This document shows, in pieces, positions 30,402 to 39,550 of a stretch of DNA of 64,000 nucleotides. The notes beneath the pieces were generated by a model. The model saw only the letters and a list, made by a program, of their open reading frames with translations, was not told the DNA's origin and did no database searches. The position numbers and the translations under genes were made by a program. The stretch is from Candidatus Binatia bacterium. GTDB taxonomy: Bacteria > Desulfobacterota > Binatia > UBA9968 > CAXXLF01. The first letter of the stretch is position 1, and each line of letters begins with the position of its first letter. The stretch lies in NCBI GenBank assembly GCA_963664015.2, contig CAXXLF010000001.1:832001-896000 (forward strand). The letters are read 5' to 3'.

Positions 30402-30791
30402 ATGAACATTAAAAGTCTCAGTGCCGGCTTATCCTTCCGGGGCCGGGTCGACGGCCAACGGCAGGTCTATTACGTATTTGAGGGCCCAAAGATATTTCTA
30501 GTATTTTCTTTCTCACGCTCGAAGCCAAAGGCTGGGTATTTCAATGCCGTGGACATGGAGGCGTACAAATACGTGGCACGGTTGATCAAGGGTAGACAAG
30601 GTGTTACCGCCCAATCCTTATTCAAGCGATCTCGTAAACCCAGATACGTGGGTTCGTCCATAGAGGCGCTAAACCTCCTCTATGTGCTCGTTGCAACCGG
30701 CAAGGCAAAGATCGATCGCCGGTATAAAACCAGACAACTCATCTCCAATCTTACCACCCGATTCTGGGAACCGTGCAGGATCGAGGGATGA
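30402..30791 (+). CDS. hypothetical basic protein
   Basis: 129-aa ORF with a GGAGG RBS; no recognised motif. Confidence 0.65.
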   Translation: MNIKSLSAGLSFRGRVDGQRQVYYVFEGPKIFLVFSFSRSKPKAGYFNAVDMEAYKYVARLIKGRQGVTAQSLFKRSRKPRYVGSSIEALNLLYVLVATGKAKIDRRYKTRQLISNLTTRFWEPCRIEG

Positions 30792-30795
30792 CCGG

Positions 30796-31539
30796 CTAGG
30801 ACGCTTTTTTGCCCGTGAGCCCCACGGCCTTATGTAACGCCTCGACCTCGTCTTTAGTCAGACGACGAAAACCGCCCATGGGAAGAGAACCCAGCCGAAT
30901 GGGGCCAAAGCGAACACGCACGAGCTTTTCCACAGTGTAACCTACAGCCTCAAAGACCCTGCGCACTTCCCGGTATCGCCCCTCGTGCATTTCGACCTCC
31001 AGCCAGGACTTGTTTTTCAATTTCCTTTTAACCCGGACCTTGACGGCCGCCACGACGCCTTCCTTCAGCTTTACTCCCCTACGCATCCGCTGGAGTTCCG
31101 TATCCGAAAGCAAGCCATGGACCTTGACCTCGTAAATTTTCTTTACTTCAAACCGTGGATGGGTCAATCGAAAGGCCAGGTCGCCGTGATTGCTCAGAAG
31201 CAGAAGCCCGGAGGAGTTATAGTCCAAACGTCCCACGGGGAACAGCCGCTCCCCCTTCCGCAGACGCTTGAGCAGATCTCCCAGGTTGGGTCGATTTTGG
31301 GGATCGCCGAGGGACGTAATTAATCCCGACGGCTTATGAAAGGCGTAGGTTGTGTGCGGTTGTCTCTGAAATATGATGCGCCCGTCGACTTTGACCTTGT
31401 CTTTTTCCGAATCCGCTTGAAAACCCAGCTTCTGGATTACCGTGCCGTTGACGGTCACACGCCCTTCCCGAATCCATTCTTCAGCCTGCCGGCGCGAGGC
31501 CAGCCCTGCGCGTGCAATGATTTTTTGCAAACGTTCCAT
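30796..31539 (-). CDS. rluB: rRNA pseudouridine synthase (RluB/RsuA family)
   Basis: S4 domain ERLQKIIARAGLASRR, PVGRLD, EGRYREVRR; follows scpB. Confidence 0.88.
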   Translation of the reverse strand: MERLQKIIARAGLASRRQAEEWIREGRVTVNGTVIQKLGFQADSEKDKVKVDGRIIFQRQPHTTYAFHKPSGLITSLGDPQNRPNLGDLLKRLRKGERLFPVGRLDYNSSGLLLLSNHGDLAFRLTHPRFEVKKIYEVKVHGLLSDTELQRMRRGVKLKEGVVAAVKVRVKRKLKNKSWLEVEMHEGRYREVRRVFEAVGYTVEKLVRVRFGPIRLGSLPMGGFRRLTKDEVEALHKAVGLTGKKAS

Positions 31540-31567
31540 AACTATCGTCAAAAATTCGGTTCACCCG

Positions 31568-32203
31568 CTACCCTTCGGTTTTTTCGCTATGGTCGTCAGT
31601 CTCTGTGCTGTCGTTGTCGCTCTTTGCTTGGTCATCATCATCCTCGATAGGCAAGATGTTCTGTTCAGGGACCTCGGGAAGCGTGATCTCATCCATTTCC
31701 TTAAGCGTCGGGAGCTCGGTCAGGTCTTTGAGGTTAAAGAGCTCCAGAAACTCCCGGGTGGTCCCGTACAAAAAAGGTTTACCGGGGATGTCTTTTCGTC
31801 CGACGATGCTTACCAGCTGCCGCTCGAAGAGGGTCGAGACGATTCCGTCCACATTCACGCCACGGATTTGCTCAATCTCACCTCGCGTCATGGGCTGTTT
31901 GTAAGCAATAATCGCCAGGGTCTCGAGCGTCGCCCGACTCATCCGGGTCGCCTTGCCGCGAAACAGGTTTTTGACCCACTCCGAGTTCTCCGTGGGTGTC
32001 CGGAGCTGATAGTCTCCGGCCACAACAACCAGACGAAAGCCTCGGCGCTTTGATTCGTACTCGGACTGGAGTTCTTCAAGGACCAATTTAATTTCACCAT
32101 TCTCGACACCACCGATCAAACTGCTCAATCGGTCCAGGCTAAGGCTGGCTTCGGACAGAAAGAGTAGACTCTCAACAATGGATCTCAGTTGGTCACGATC
32201 CAT
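31568..32203 (-). CDS. scpB: SMC-Scp complex subunit ScpB
   Basis: LETLAIIAYKQPMTRGEIEQIRGV, PGKPFLYGTT..FL..F. Confidence 0.96.
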   Translation of the reverse strand: MDRDQLRSIVESLLFLSEASLSLDRLSSLIGGVENGEIKLVLEELQSEYESKRRGFRLVVVAGDYQLRTPTENSEWVKNLFRGKATRMSRATLETLAIIAYKQPMTRGEIEQIRGVNVDGIVSTLFERQLVSIVGRKDIPGKPFLYGTTREFLELFNLKDLTELPTLKEMDEITLPEVPEQNILPIEDDDDQAKSDNDSTETDDHSEKTEG

Positions 32204-32966
32204 GGCCTTCTACCTCCTCGTTCCCTTCTTGATTTAGCCGGTCCTTGACCTCGCCCAGGGAACCCACCCCTTCTATCATGATGGGCCCTAGTCGTTCCTC
32301 CTGTTTTACGATCGCCGCCCGTATCTTCATTAGCTCCAAGACGGCCAAGAGGGTGACAACCACCTCCATTCTCGACGCCGCGGTCTCGAACAGAGATTCA
32401 AAGCTCACGCTCGCGCTTCGATTCAGCACCTCCAGTATCATGGTCATCTTTCCCCGCACCGAGAAGTTTTCCAGCACAACCGTGTGGACCGTTTCTTCTG
32501 GTAGTTTCTCCAGGACACGGCGCAACGCCGTGATCAGGTCAAACAATGACACGGGTGCAAACTCTTTGGACTTGACTTCTTGTACGGCTTCCGAGGCGCG
32601 AACGAAGACGTCTCGATTGAGGATCTCCCTCTTGGCTAGATCTTCGGAGGCATCCTTGTATCGCTGGTATTCCAAAAGCCGTCGTACGAGTTCATCCCTA
32701 GGATCCGTTCCTTCCTCCTCCTCTTCATCCCCTTCCTCGAGCGGAAGCAACAGACGCGATTTGATGTGGATCAGGGTCGACGCCATGACAATATACTCAC
32801 CGGCCATATCCAGGTTCAGACTTTGCATGGCCTCAAGGGTCTCCAGGTATTGCTCTGTAATGAGCGCGATGGGGATATCGGTGATGGTCACCTCGTTTTT
32901 TTTGATCAGATGGAGCAAGAGGTCCAGGGGCCCCTCATACACTTCCAACTGGACATTCATGGACAT
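32193..32966 (-). CDS. scpA: segregation and condensation protein ScpA
   Basis: YEGPLDLLLHLI, DPRDELVRRLLEY, LAVLELM. Confidence 0.96.
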   Translation of the reverse strand: MSMNVQLEVYEGPLDLLLHLIKKNEVTITDIPIALITEQYLETLEAMQSLNLDMAGEYIVMASTLIHIKSRLLLPLEEGDEEEEEGTDPRDELVRRLLEYQRYKDASEDLAKREILNRDVFVRASEAVQEVKSKEFAPVSLFDLITALRRVLEKLPEETVHTVVLENFSVRGKMTMILEVLNRSASVSFESLFETAASRMEVVVTLLAVLELMKIRAAIVKQEERLGPIMIEGVGSLGEVKDRLNQEGNEEVEGHGS

Positions 32967-33000
32967 GGTCTATAGTCCCCTTTGCCGGATGAACTACGCC

Positions 33001-33978
33001 TCAAAGCGACATCGCGTCTCTTACTTCGGCCATGGTCTCCCTAGCAACCTTTTCAGCCGTCTTGTTTCCCTGCTTCAGTACATCATCCACCGTTTCTGGA
33101 TGCCGTTCCAGCTCCGCCCGTTTCTCTTGAAACGGCTCCAGGCCTTTGACTACGTGTTTTATCATCACCTTCTTGCAGTCCAGGCACCCGATGGACGCGG
33201 AGCGGCAGCCCTGAGATACTTCAGCCAACTCCTGATCATTGCAATAGATTTTGTGAAGCTGAAAGGCAGGACACTTCTCCGGCTCCCCCGCATCGTTTCG
33301 CCTGACTCGTGCCGGATCGGTTATCATACGGCTCAACTTCTGGTCGATCTGTTTGGGCGAGTCTGACAGAAAGACTGCATTGTTATAGCTTTTGCTCATT
33401 TTCCGACCATCCAGACCGGGGACCCGTTGTGCCTCCGTTAGCAGCACCTCAGGCTCCGGGAAGATGGGTCGGTACACGCCGTTAAAGCGGCGCACGATTT
33501 CCCGCGTCAATTCGACATGCGGTGCCTGATCGACTCCCACAGGAACTTTATTGGCCTTGTACATAATGATATCCGCCGCCTGAAGCACTGGGTAGCCCAA
33601 GAAGCCGTAGGTGGAGAGGTCCCGGCCTTCCATCTCCTGCATCTGGTCCTTATAGGTGGGGTTTCTCTCGAGCCACGGAACCGGGGTGATCATGGAAAGC
33701 AGAAGATGAAGTTCCGCGTGCTCCTTAATGTTGGACTGGCGGAACAGGACACAGCGATTGGGGTCGAGGCCGACGGACAGCCAGTCCATTACCATTTCAA
33801 CCGTGCTCTGGCCGATTCCCTGCGGGGTGAGATAATCAGTGGTAAGGGCGTGCCAGTCGGCGACGAAGAAAAAACACCGATACTTGGCTTGCAGATTGAG
33901 CCAGTTGACAAGGGCACCGTGCAGGTGGCCCAGATGGAGTCGTCCCGTAGGGCGTGTGCCGCTAACGATAGTATCCAT
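33001..33978 (-). CDS. trpS: tryptophan--tRNA ligase
   Basis: SGTRPTGRLHLGH, YPVLQAADI, VPVGVDQ, KMSKS. Confidence 0.97.
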   Translation of the reverse strand: MDTIVSGTRPTGRLHLGHLHGALVNWLNLQAKYRCFFFVADWHALTTDYLTPQGIGQSTVEMVMDWLSVGLDPNRCVLFRQSNIKEHAELHLLLSMITPVPWLERNPTYKDQMQEMEGRDLSTYGFLGYPVLQAADIIMYKANKVPVGVDQAPHVELTREIVRRFNGVYRPIFPEPEVLLTEAQRVPGLDGRKMSKSYNNAVFLSDSPKQIDQKLSRMITDPARVRRNDAGEPEKCPAFQLHKIYCNDQELAEVSQGCRSASIGCLDCKKVMIKHVVKGLEPFQEKRAELERHPETVDDVLKQGNKTAEKVARETMAEVRDAMSL

Positions 33979-33989
33979 TGGATTGTTTG

Positions 33990-34661
33990 TTATACCAGAC
34001 CGACCATCATTTTGAGGGACAGATTGACGAAACGTACCAGCGGGAATAGCACTGCATCTATAGCATGGCTCGCCAGTAGAAGCATGATAATGAGAAACCC
34101 GTAGGGCTCGATACGTGCAACCATTCGGGACTGGGGGTCAGGCAAGAGGCCAACAAGGACCCTGCCTCCGTCCAGCGGTGGGATTGGAAAGGCATTGAAG
34201 ACCGCCAGGATGATATTGATGCTGGCACTGGCGCTGGCCATTTTGGCCAGCGGTATAAAAATTGCCGACGAGACACCTCCCCCATGGTCCACATCGAGGC
34301 CTACTATAATTCTGAGAACTAGCAGGCTCAAAAGGGCCAAGACGAGATTGGTTGCGGGGCCAGCTAGGGCGACCCAGATCATATCCCGCTTGGGATTTCT
34401 CAAATTTTGAAAATTGACCGGGACCGGTTTCGCGTAACCAAAGAGAAAGGGGGCTCGGATAAGGATCAGAATTAAGGGAAAAAGGATCGTACCGAAAAGA
34501 TCGATATGTGAGAGGGGGTTGAGAGTCAACCGGCCCATGCGGGCCGCCGTCGGATCTCCCAAACGAAAGGCCACATAACCATGGGCCACCTCATGGAATA
34601 TGATGGAGACCAGGACCGGGATAGCCCATATGGAGACTTGCTGAATGAATTCGCCAACCAT
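33990..34661 (-). CDS. site-2 protease family (M50) zinc metalloprotease
   Basis: HEVAH, ALAGP, FN..PIPPLDG. Confidence 0.93.
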   Translation of the reverse strand: MVGEFIQQVSIWAIPVLVSIIFHEVAHGYVAFRLGDPTAARMGRLTLNPLSHIDLFGTILFPLILILIRAPFLFGYAKPVPVNFQNLRNPKRDMIWVALAGPATNLVLALLSLLVLRIIVGLDVDHGGGVSSAIFIPLAKMASASASINIILAVFNAFPIPPLDGGRVLVGLLPDPQSRMVARIEPYGFLIIMLLLASHAIDAVLFPLVRFVNLSLKMMVGLV

Positions 34662-34727
34662 TGCTCATTCATACGGTACTCTCCAACAAAAGACAAGGAA
34701 ACCGCTGGAGTACCACGAGCAGGGGCC

Positions 34728-35648
34728 CTAGCCATCCTCTGTCTGGGACCGTTCCCGGGGATGATAGCGACGATGAACCTGTTTCAGATGGGACCTATTG
34801 ACATGGGTATAGATCTGGGTCGTTGAGATATCCGAATGTCCTAGCATCGACTGCACCGCTCTCAAGTCCGCCCCACCCTCCAGGAGGTGAGTCGCAAAAG
34901 AATGGCGCAGGGTGTGAGGTGTAACCTTACTTTCGATGCCAGCAGCCAACGCATAACGCCGGATCAACTTCCAGAATCCCTGGCGCGTCAAAGGCTTGCC
35001 CGAACGGGTCAGAAATAGAGAAGGACTCATCCTCCCACCGAGCAGCTGGGGACGCGCCTCACGCAAGTATTGCCGCAGTTTCTCATCCGCCCACCGACCA
35101 AAGGGCATAGCCCGAACCTTTCCGCCTTTTCCACGGACAGTCAGAAAATCCCCCTCAAGATTGATCTGCGGTGTCTTCAGTGAGACGAGTTCCGAAACCC
35201 GGAGCCCGGTGGCGTATAGGAACTCGAGCATGGCCTGATCTCTCAGACCCAGTGGGTTCGATGGATCGGGCTGAGCCAACAGCTTTTGGACGTCTTGAAG
35301 GCTCAACGTCTTAGGAAGCCGGCGACCCTCGGCGGGTAAAAAGATTCGGGGCAATGGATTCTCAGGTATGAGTTCCTCTCGTTCCAGAAATCGGTAGAGC
35401 TGCCGAATGGAGACGACGTTCCGCGTGATTGAGCGAACGCTCAGCCCGGCTTTCCTTAGATGTGCAAGGTAAGAACGCAAATGATCGGTCTGGACTTCGG
35501 GCCAGACACGAAGCCCTTGCCGCTGGACAAAGGCTGCAAGCCGATTGATGTCACGGCTATAGGCCTCCAGGGTGTTTCTGGCAAGCCCCTTTTCCACCGC
35601 GAGCATGTTGAGGAAGGCATCAACCGGCGGGCTGAGCGATTCGTTCAT
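34728..35648 (-). CDS. xerD: site-specific tyrosine recombinase XerD
   Basis: YATGLRVSEL, LTRQGFW, PHTLRHSFATHLL, LGHSDISTTQIYTH, HPR. Confidence 0.93.
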   Translation of the reverse strand: MNESLSPPVDAFLNMLAVEKGLARNTLEAYSRDINRLAAFVQRQGLRVWPEVQTDHLRSYLAHLRKAGLSVRSITRNVVSIRQLYRFLEREELIPENPLPRIFLPAEGRRLPKTLSLQDVQKLLAQPDPSNPLGLRDQAMLEFLYATGLRVSELVSLKTPQINLEGDFLTVRGKGGKVRAMPFGRWADEKLRQYLREARPQLLGGRMSPSLFLTRSGKPLTRQGFWKLIRRYALAAGIESKVTPHTLRHSFATHLLEGGADLRAVQSMLGHSDISTTQIYTHVNRSHLKQVHRRYHPRERSQTEDG

Positions 35649-38325
35649 ATTCCTTAACCAACCCCCCATGCAGAGCCTGGTGAATCATTTCCAATCGGTC
35701 CTTGTTCTCAATCTTTTTGCCCTGTTCATCGGTCACATAAAAGACATCCGCGACCTGGTCCACATTGGTCGAGATCTTCGCCAAGTGAATGACAACTCCA
35801 AGCTCGAACAGGGCTTGGGCAATGGAAAAGAGGACTCCGACCCGATCCTGGGTATAGACCTCCATGATGCTAAAGTCCTCGGAGGCGTGGTTGTCAAAAT
35901 GAAAAACCGTTGGGACCCGGGGTGCCCGTCGCGATTTAAAAAGCAACCGTCGGCCTGATTCTTTGACCAGACGCCCAATGTTCACATCCTCGTTCATCAC
36001 CCATTGCAGGGTACTTTGCACACGCGCCCACTTGCCGTCCTCCATGACCACCTCTGGTCTGCCAAGGTGGGAGATGCGAAAGACATCGAGGATGACCCCG
36101 TCCTCGCGCGTATTGATTCGGGCACCCAGGATATCCAGTCCCAAAGAGGCAAAGACACCACTCACCCTAGCGAAGAAGCCCGGTCGATCCTTCGCACAGA
36201 CGGCCATCTCACTGAATTCACGTTCGGGGAAGTGACGTACGCTGCTAATCACTCCCTGGCCCGTATACTGCTCCATGAGTTTGAAGTGAAACGACATTTC
36301 CCCCTCAGGGGTCGTGAGGAAATATCGATCGGGCATGCCATGAAGCAACGAATGAAGCTTCTCCCCCGGTATCTGCCCATGGAGCATCCTCTTCAAACGA
36401 TTCTGGATCCGCTGCACCTTGGAACGGTTATCGGCCTTTTGAAACTCGCCTTTTTCCAACTCTTCCAGGACTCGCGCCGTACGGACGTATAGATCCTCCA
36501 AAAGCGAACCCTTCCAGTTGTTCCAAACGCCCGGGGCTACGGCCCTGATGTCGGAGGCAGTCAATAAATAGAGCATCTTCAGGTTGCTCAAGCTACCTAC
36601 CAATCGAGCGAATTTGACAATCTCTTCGTCATCGTCGATATCGCGCCGAAATGCGGTGTTGGAGTGAATGAGATGCTGCAATACGAGAAAAACTAATTGC
36701 TCGCGATCATCAACGTTCAGTCGGAGCCTCCTGCCGATCTCATCGGCCATACGGCTTCCTATCTCCGAATGGTTTCCCCCGAATCCCTTGCCGATATCGT
36801 GGAAGAGGATGCTAAGGAACTGAACATCGAGCTTATCCACCTCGCGGGCAAGCTGGGTCAATAGGGGGAGTTCTTCCCTGAACTCGCCGGACCGAAGACG
36901 TTCGAATTCCCACACGGCCTTGAGTGAATGCTGGTCCACCGTGTAGATATGGTACAGGTCGTGCTGCGCCATACACAGTACCCGGCCGAATTCGGGGAGA
37001 AAGGCATCTAGAACCCCGCAACGGTGCATCTCTACCAAGGTTTCAAAAACCCTATTTTCACCCCGCAAGATCTCCAGGAACGTAGCATTGGGGGCCTCCG
37101 AGTTGCGGAAACCCTCGTCCACAAGGCTTACGTGGTCACGAAGCAACTCACGGGATTCCTGGTCGATCTCGGCTTGATGGCGCTGCACGTCGAGAAAAAT
37201 AGACATCAGGCCCTCCCGGTCCGAGGTCAGGAGCTCGGGACGGGTAATCGTGAGTATTCCCCGGAAAAAAGAGACTCCCGGTCGGATTTCTTTACCGTTT
37301 CTCTGTCCCTTTGGGCGATCGAGTTCGGGGTTCTCCATTGCCCGGTGTAGCACCAAGGATGTCACACGACTGATTTGAGCGGCGTGAAGATAATAGGCCC
37401 GCATGAAGGCTTCCACGCCCTTAATTTTATCGTCGCCTTCAAAACCCAAGTGGCCGGCGACCTTCTCTTGCTGCTCGAACGTCAGCTGATCCTGGTGATT
37501 GCTGGACGTGAAGTGGACCTCGTTTCTGACGCGCCAGAGGAAATCCCGTCCCCCTTTGAGCGCGTTGAGATCCTTGACCGTTAATACCCGGCGATCACTG
37601 AGATCCCGCAGGTGGAGGACCTTCCAGCGGACCTTAGCGATCCAAAGCAAGGTGTGGATATCGCGCAATCCTCCTTCCCCCTCTTTGATTTCCGGCTCGG
37701 AGAGATAGACCGAGGCCCCATATCGCTCGTGCCGGGATCGATACTCCTCCATCTTGCTGCGAGCGAATCGATCGGACGCTGCTCCGGCAAAGGAATCATC
37801 GAAAGCCTTGGTAAAATTCATGAACAACGGTTTTTCCCCGGCAATGAAGCGGGCATCGATCATGGAGGTCTTGACCTTCATGTCCTTGTTTCCCAATCGG
37901 ACAGACTCAGCGATACTGCGGATCGCGTGACCGACCTGAAGCCCCGAATCCCACAGGGCATAAAGGATCTTTTCGGCAACAAACTCCACAAAAGGTGTTA
38001 CCTTCCAAACATGGAGAAAGAGAAGGTCGATGTCCGACTGGGGGTTGAGCTCTGCCCGTCCGTAGCCTCCTTGAGCCAACAGCGCGCAACGATGACTCAA
38101 GGTTGGGAAACGATCAATATAGTCCCGGCTGGCAGCCTCAAAGAGTGACCGGATCAGGTGATCCATTGCCTTGGTATAGGCCGAAACGATCTCCCCGCCT
38201 CCGGCCCCGCCCCGATGGGCTTTGAACAGGGCCTCACGCGTCCGGTCGATATAGAACTTCGGCGCACTTGTTGGGTCCGATGCCAGGAGCTCCGATAGCC
38301 AACGGCCGGTTAGATCTTCTTCCAC
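35620..38325 (-). CDS. glnD: [protein-PII] uridylyltransferase
   Basis: GGYGR..SDIDL, KEGEGGLRD, HIYTVDQH, FHDIGKG, two ACT domains. Confidence 0.96.
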   Translation of the reverse strand: MEEDLTGRWLSELLASDPTSAPKFYIDRTREALFKAHRGGAGGGEIVSAYTKAMDHLIRSLFEAASRDYIDRFPTLSHRCALLAQGGYGRAELNPQSDIDLLFLHVWKVTPFVEFVAEKILYALWDSGLQVGHAIRSIAESVRLGNKDMKVKTSMIDARFIAGEKPLFMNFTKAFDDSFAGAASDRFARSKMEEYRSRHERYGASVYLSEPEIKEGEGGLRDIHTLLWIAKVRWKVLHLRDLSDRRVLTVKDLNALKGGRDFLWRVRNEVHFTSSNHQDQLTFEQQEKVAGHLGFEGDDKIKGVEAFMRAYYLHAAQISRVTSLVLHRAMENPELDRPKGQRNGKEIRPGVSFFRGILTITRPELLTSDREGLMSIFLDVQRHQAEIDQESRELLRDHVSLVDEGFRNSEAPNATFLEILRGENRVFETLVEMHRCGVLDAFLPEFGRVLCMAQHDLYHIYTVDQHSLKAVWEFERLRSGEFREELPLLTQLAREVDKLDVQFLSILFHDIGKGFGGNHSEIGSRMADEIGRRLRLNVDDREQLVFLVLQHLIHSNTAFRRDIDDDEEIVKFARLVGSLSNLKMLYLLTASDIRAVAPGVWNNWKGSLLEDLYVRTARVLEELEKGEFQKADNRSKVQRIQNRLKRMLHGQIPGEKLHSLLHGMPDRYFLTTPEGEMSFHFKLMEQYTGQGVISSVRHFPEREFSEMAVCAKDRPGFFARVSGVFASLGLDILGARINTREDGVILDVFRISHLGRPEVVMEDGKWARVQSTLQWVMNEDVNIGRLVKESGRRLLFKSRRAPRVPTVFHFDNHASEDFSIMEVYTQDRVGVLFSIAQALFELGVVIHLAKISTNVDQVADVFYVTDEQGKKIENKDRLEMIHQALHGGLVKEYERIAQPAG

Positions 38326-38342
38326 CTACGGTTTCATCCTTT

Positions 38343-39545
38343 CTACAGGTTCTTTCCGACAGCCGAATTTTCTTCGTATTCTTTAATGCCGAGAAAAATG
38401 GCGTGCACAATGGAATTTTGAAAAGACGACCGAGCAAGGTACCTCCCTTCGTAACGATTGGTCACAAAGAATGTCTCAAGCAGAACACTGGGCATCCTGG
38501 CTCCCACCAAAACGTAGAACAGACCTTTCTTGACACCGAGGTTTTTTGCCTGGCGGTACTTTTTTTTCATGTGGGTCACTAGAGAAGATTGGAGATGATG
38601 GGCCAGTCCGACGGAGCCTTCCAGTTTGGAGTTTTGAGTCAGATCACTCAATATGAACTGAAGATCCGATATATTTCTCCGCGACGTGCCGTTCTCCCTG
38701 GCTGCCAGTCGTATAGTCGCCTCATCGGTCGCGTTGTCCAAGTAGTAGGTCTCGATGCCCCGCAGGCGCGGGTTAGTGCTCGCATTGATATGGAGAGAAA
38801 TGAACAGGTCCGCATTTTGCGCATTGGCAAAAGCGGTCCTATTCTCCAGCGGGACAAAGCGGTCGTTAGTACGTGTCAGGAGGACTTCGATCCCCATTTC
38901 CCGTCTGATCTTGGTGGCCAGTTTCATGGCGATCTTAAGTACAACGTCCTTCTCTGCAACACCCCGGGGACCGATGGCTCCAGGATCTTTGCCCCCATGA
39001 CCCGGGTCCAGTACTATTTTCCGAATTCCGAACCGTTTTTTCTTTCGCACCACACCGGTCCCTGGGCCTCCCTTTCTCAGCTTCGCCGATTGGACATCGT
39101 TCTCCTCACCCTGAACATCCATCACCAGCCGAAAGGGATCGGGAAGCAAAAAGGTCTTGTGCCCGGCAAAACTCTTCATATCGAGCACCACACGCACCAC
39201 GCGGGGCTGGAACTGTCCAACACGTACCGTTCGCAACAATTGATCGCGTATAACGATTTTACGATCCACCCGGGGATCCAATCGGGCACCGATGAGATCT
39301 ACATAAACCCGCGGTGGAAGTTTTTTTAAAGGGTTCCTCTCCAGGACGTGGGTCTGATACTCGACACTCCCCGACAAATCCATAACGACTCGCGTATAGT
39401 TACCGGAAGAAACATGGCGAATCCCCTTGAGCGTCGACAAACCAGATTGGTTCTTTTCCCCAGTCACTTCCGTCCAAGGAAAGAGCCCGAGGGCTAGAAT
39501 CAAGGCCAACGCAACGAAGGCGATTATCGGTCGGTGACGCTTCAT
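38343..39545 (-). CDS. N-acetylmuramoyl-L-alanine amidase with AMIN domains
   Basis: signal peptide, TRVVMDL, DPGHGGKDPGA, ADLFISLHINA, PSVLLE. Confidence 0.94.
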   Translation of the reverse strand: MKRHRPIIAFVALALILALGLFPWTEVTGEKNQSGLSTLKGIRHVSSGNYTRVVMDLSGSVEYQTHVLERNPLKKLPPRVYVDLIGARLDPRVDRKIVIRDQLLRTVRVGQFQPRVVRVVLDMKSFAGHKTFLLPDPFRLVMDVQGEENDVQSAKLRKGGPGTGVVRKKKRFGIRKIVLDPGHGGKDPGAIGPRGVAEKDVVLKIAMKLATKIRREMGIEVLLTRTNDRFVPLENRTAFANAQNADLFISLHINASTNPRLRGIETYYLDNATDEATIRLAARENGTSRRNISDLQFILSDLTQNSKLEGSVGLAHHLQSSLVTHMKKKYRQAKNLGVKKGLFYVLVGARMPSVLLETFFVTNRYEGRYLARSSFQNSIVHAIFLGIKEYEENSAVGKNL

Positions 39546-39550
39546 ACGGG

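Noticed and set aside
32245-33366. Long antisense ORFs (e.g. 373 aa here; also 19026..19778 and 38589..39329)
   Set aside because: Shadows of well-supported genes on the opposite strand, with no protein motifs.
34728-35648. xerD as the integrase serving the attC sites or as a prophage integrase
   Set aside because: Typical housekeeping XerD in a core operon, with no IntI-specific insertion or tail.
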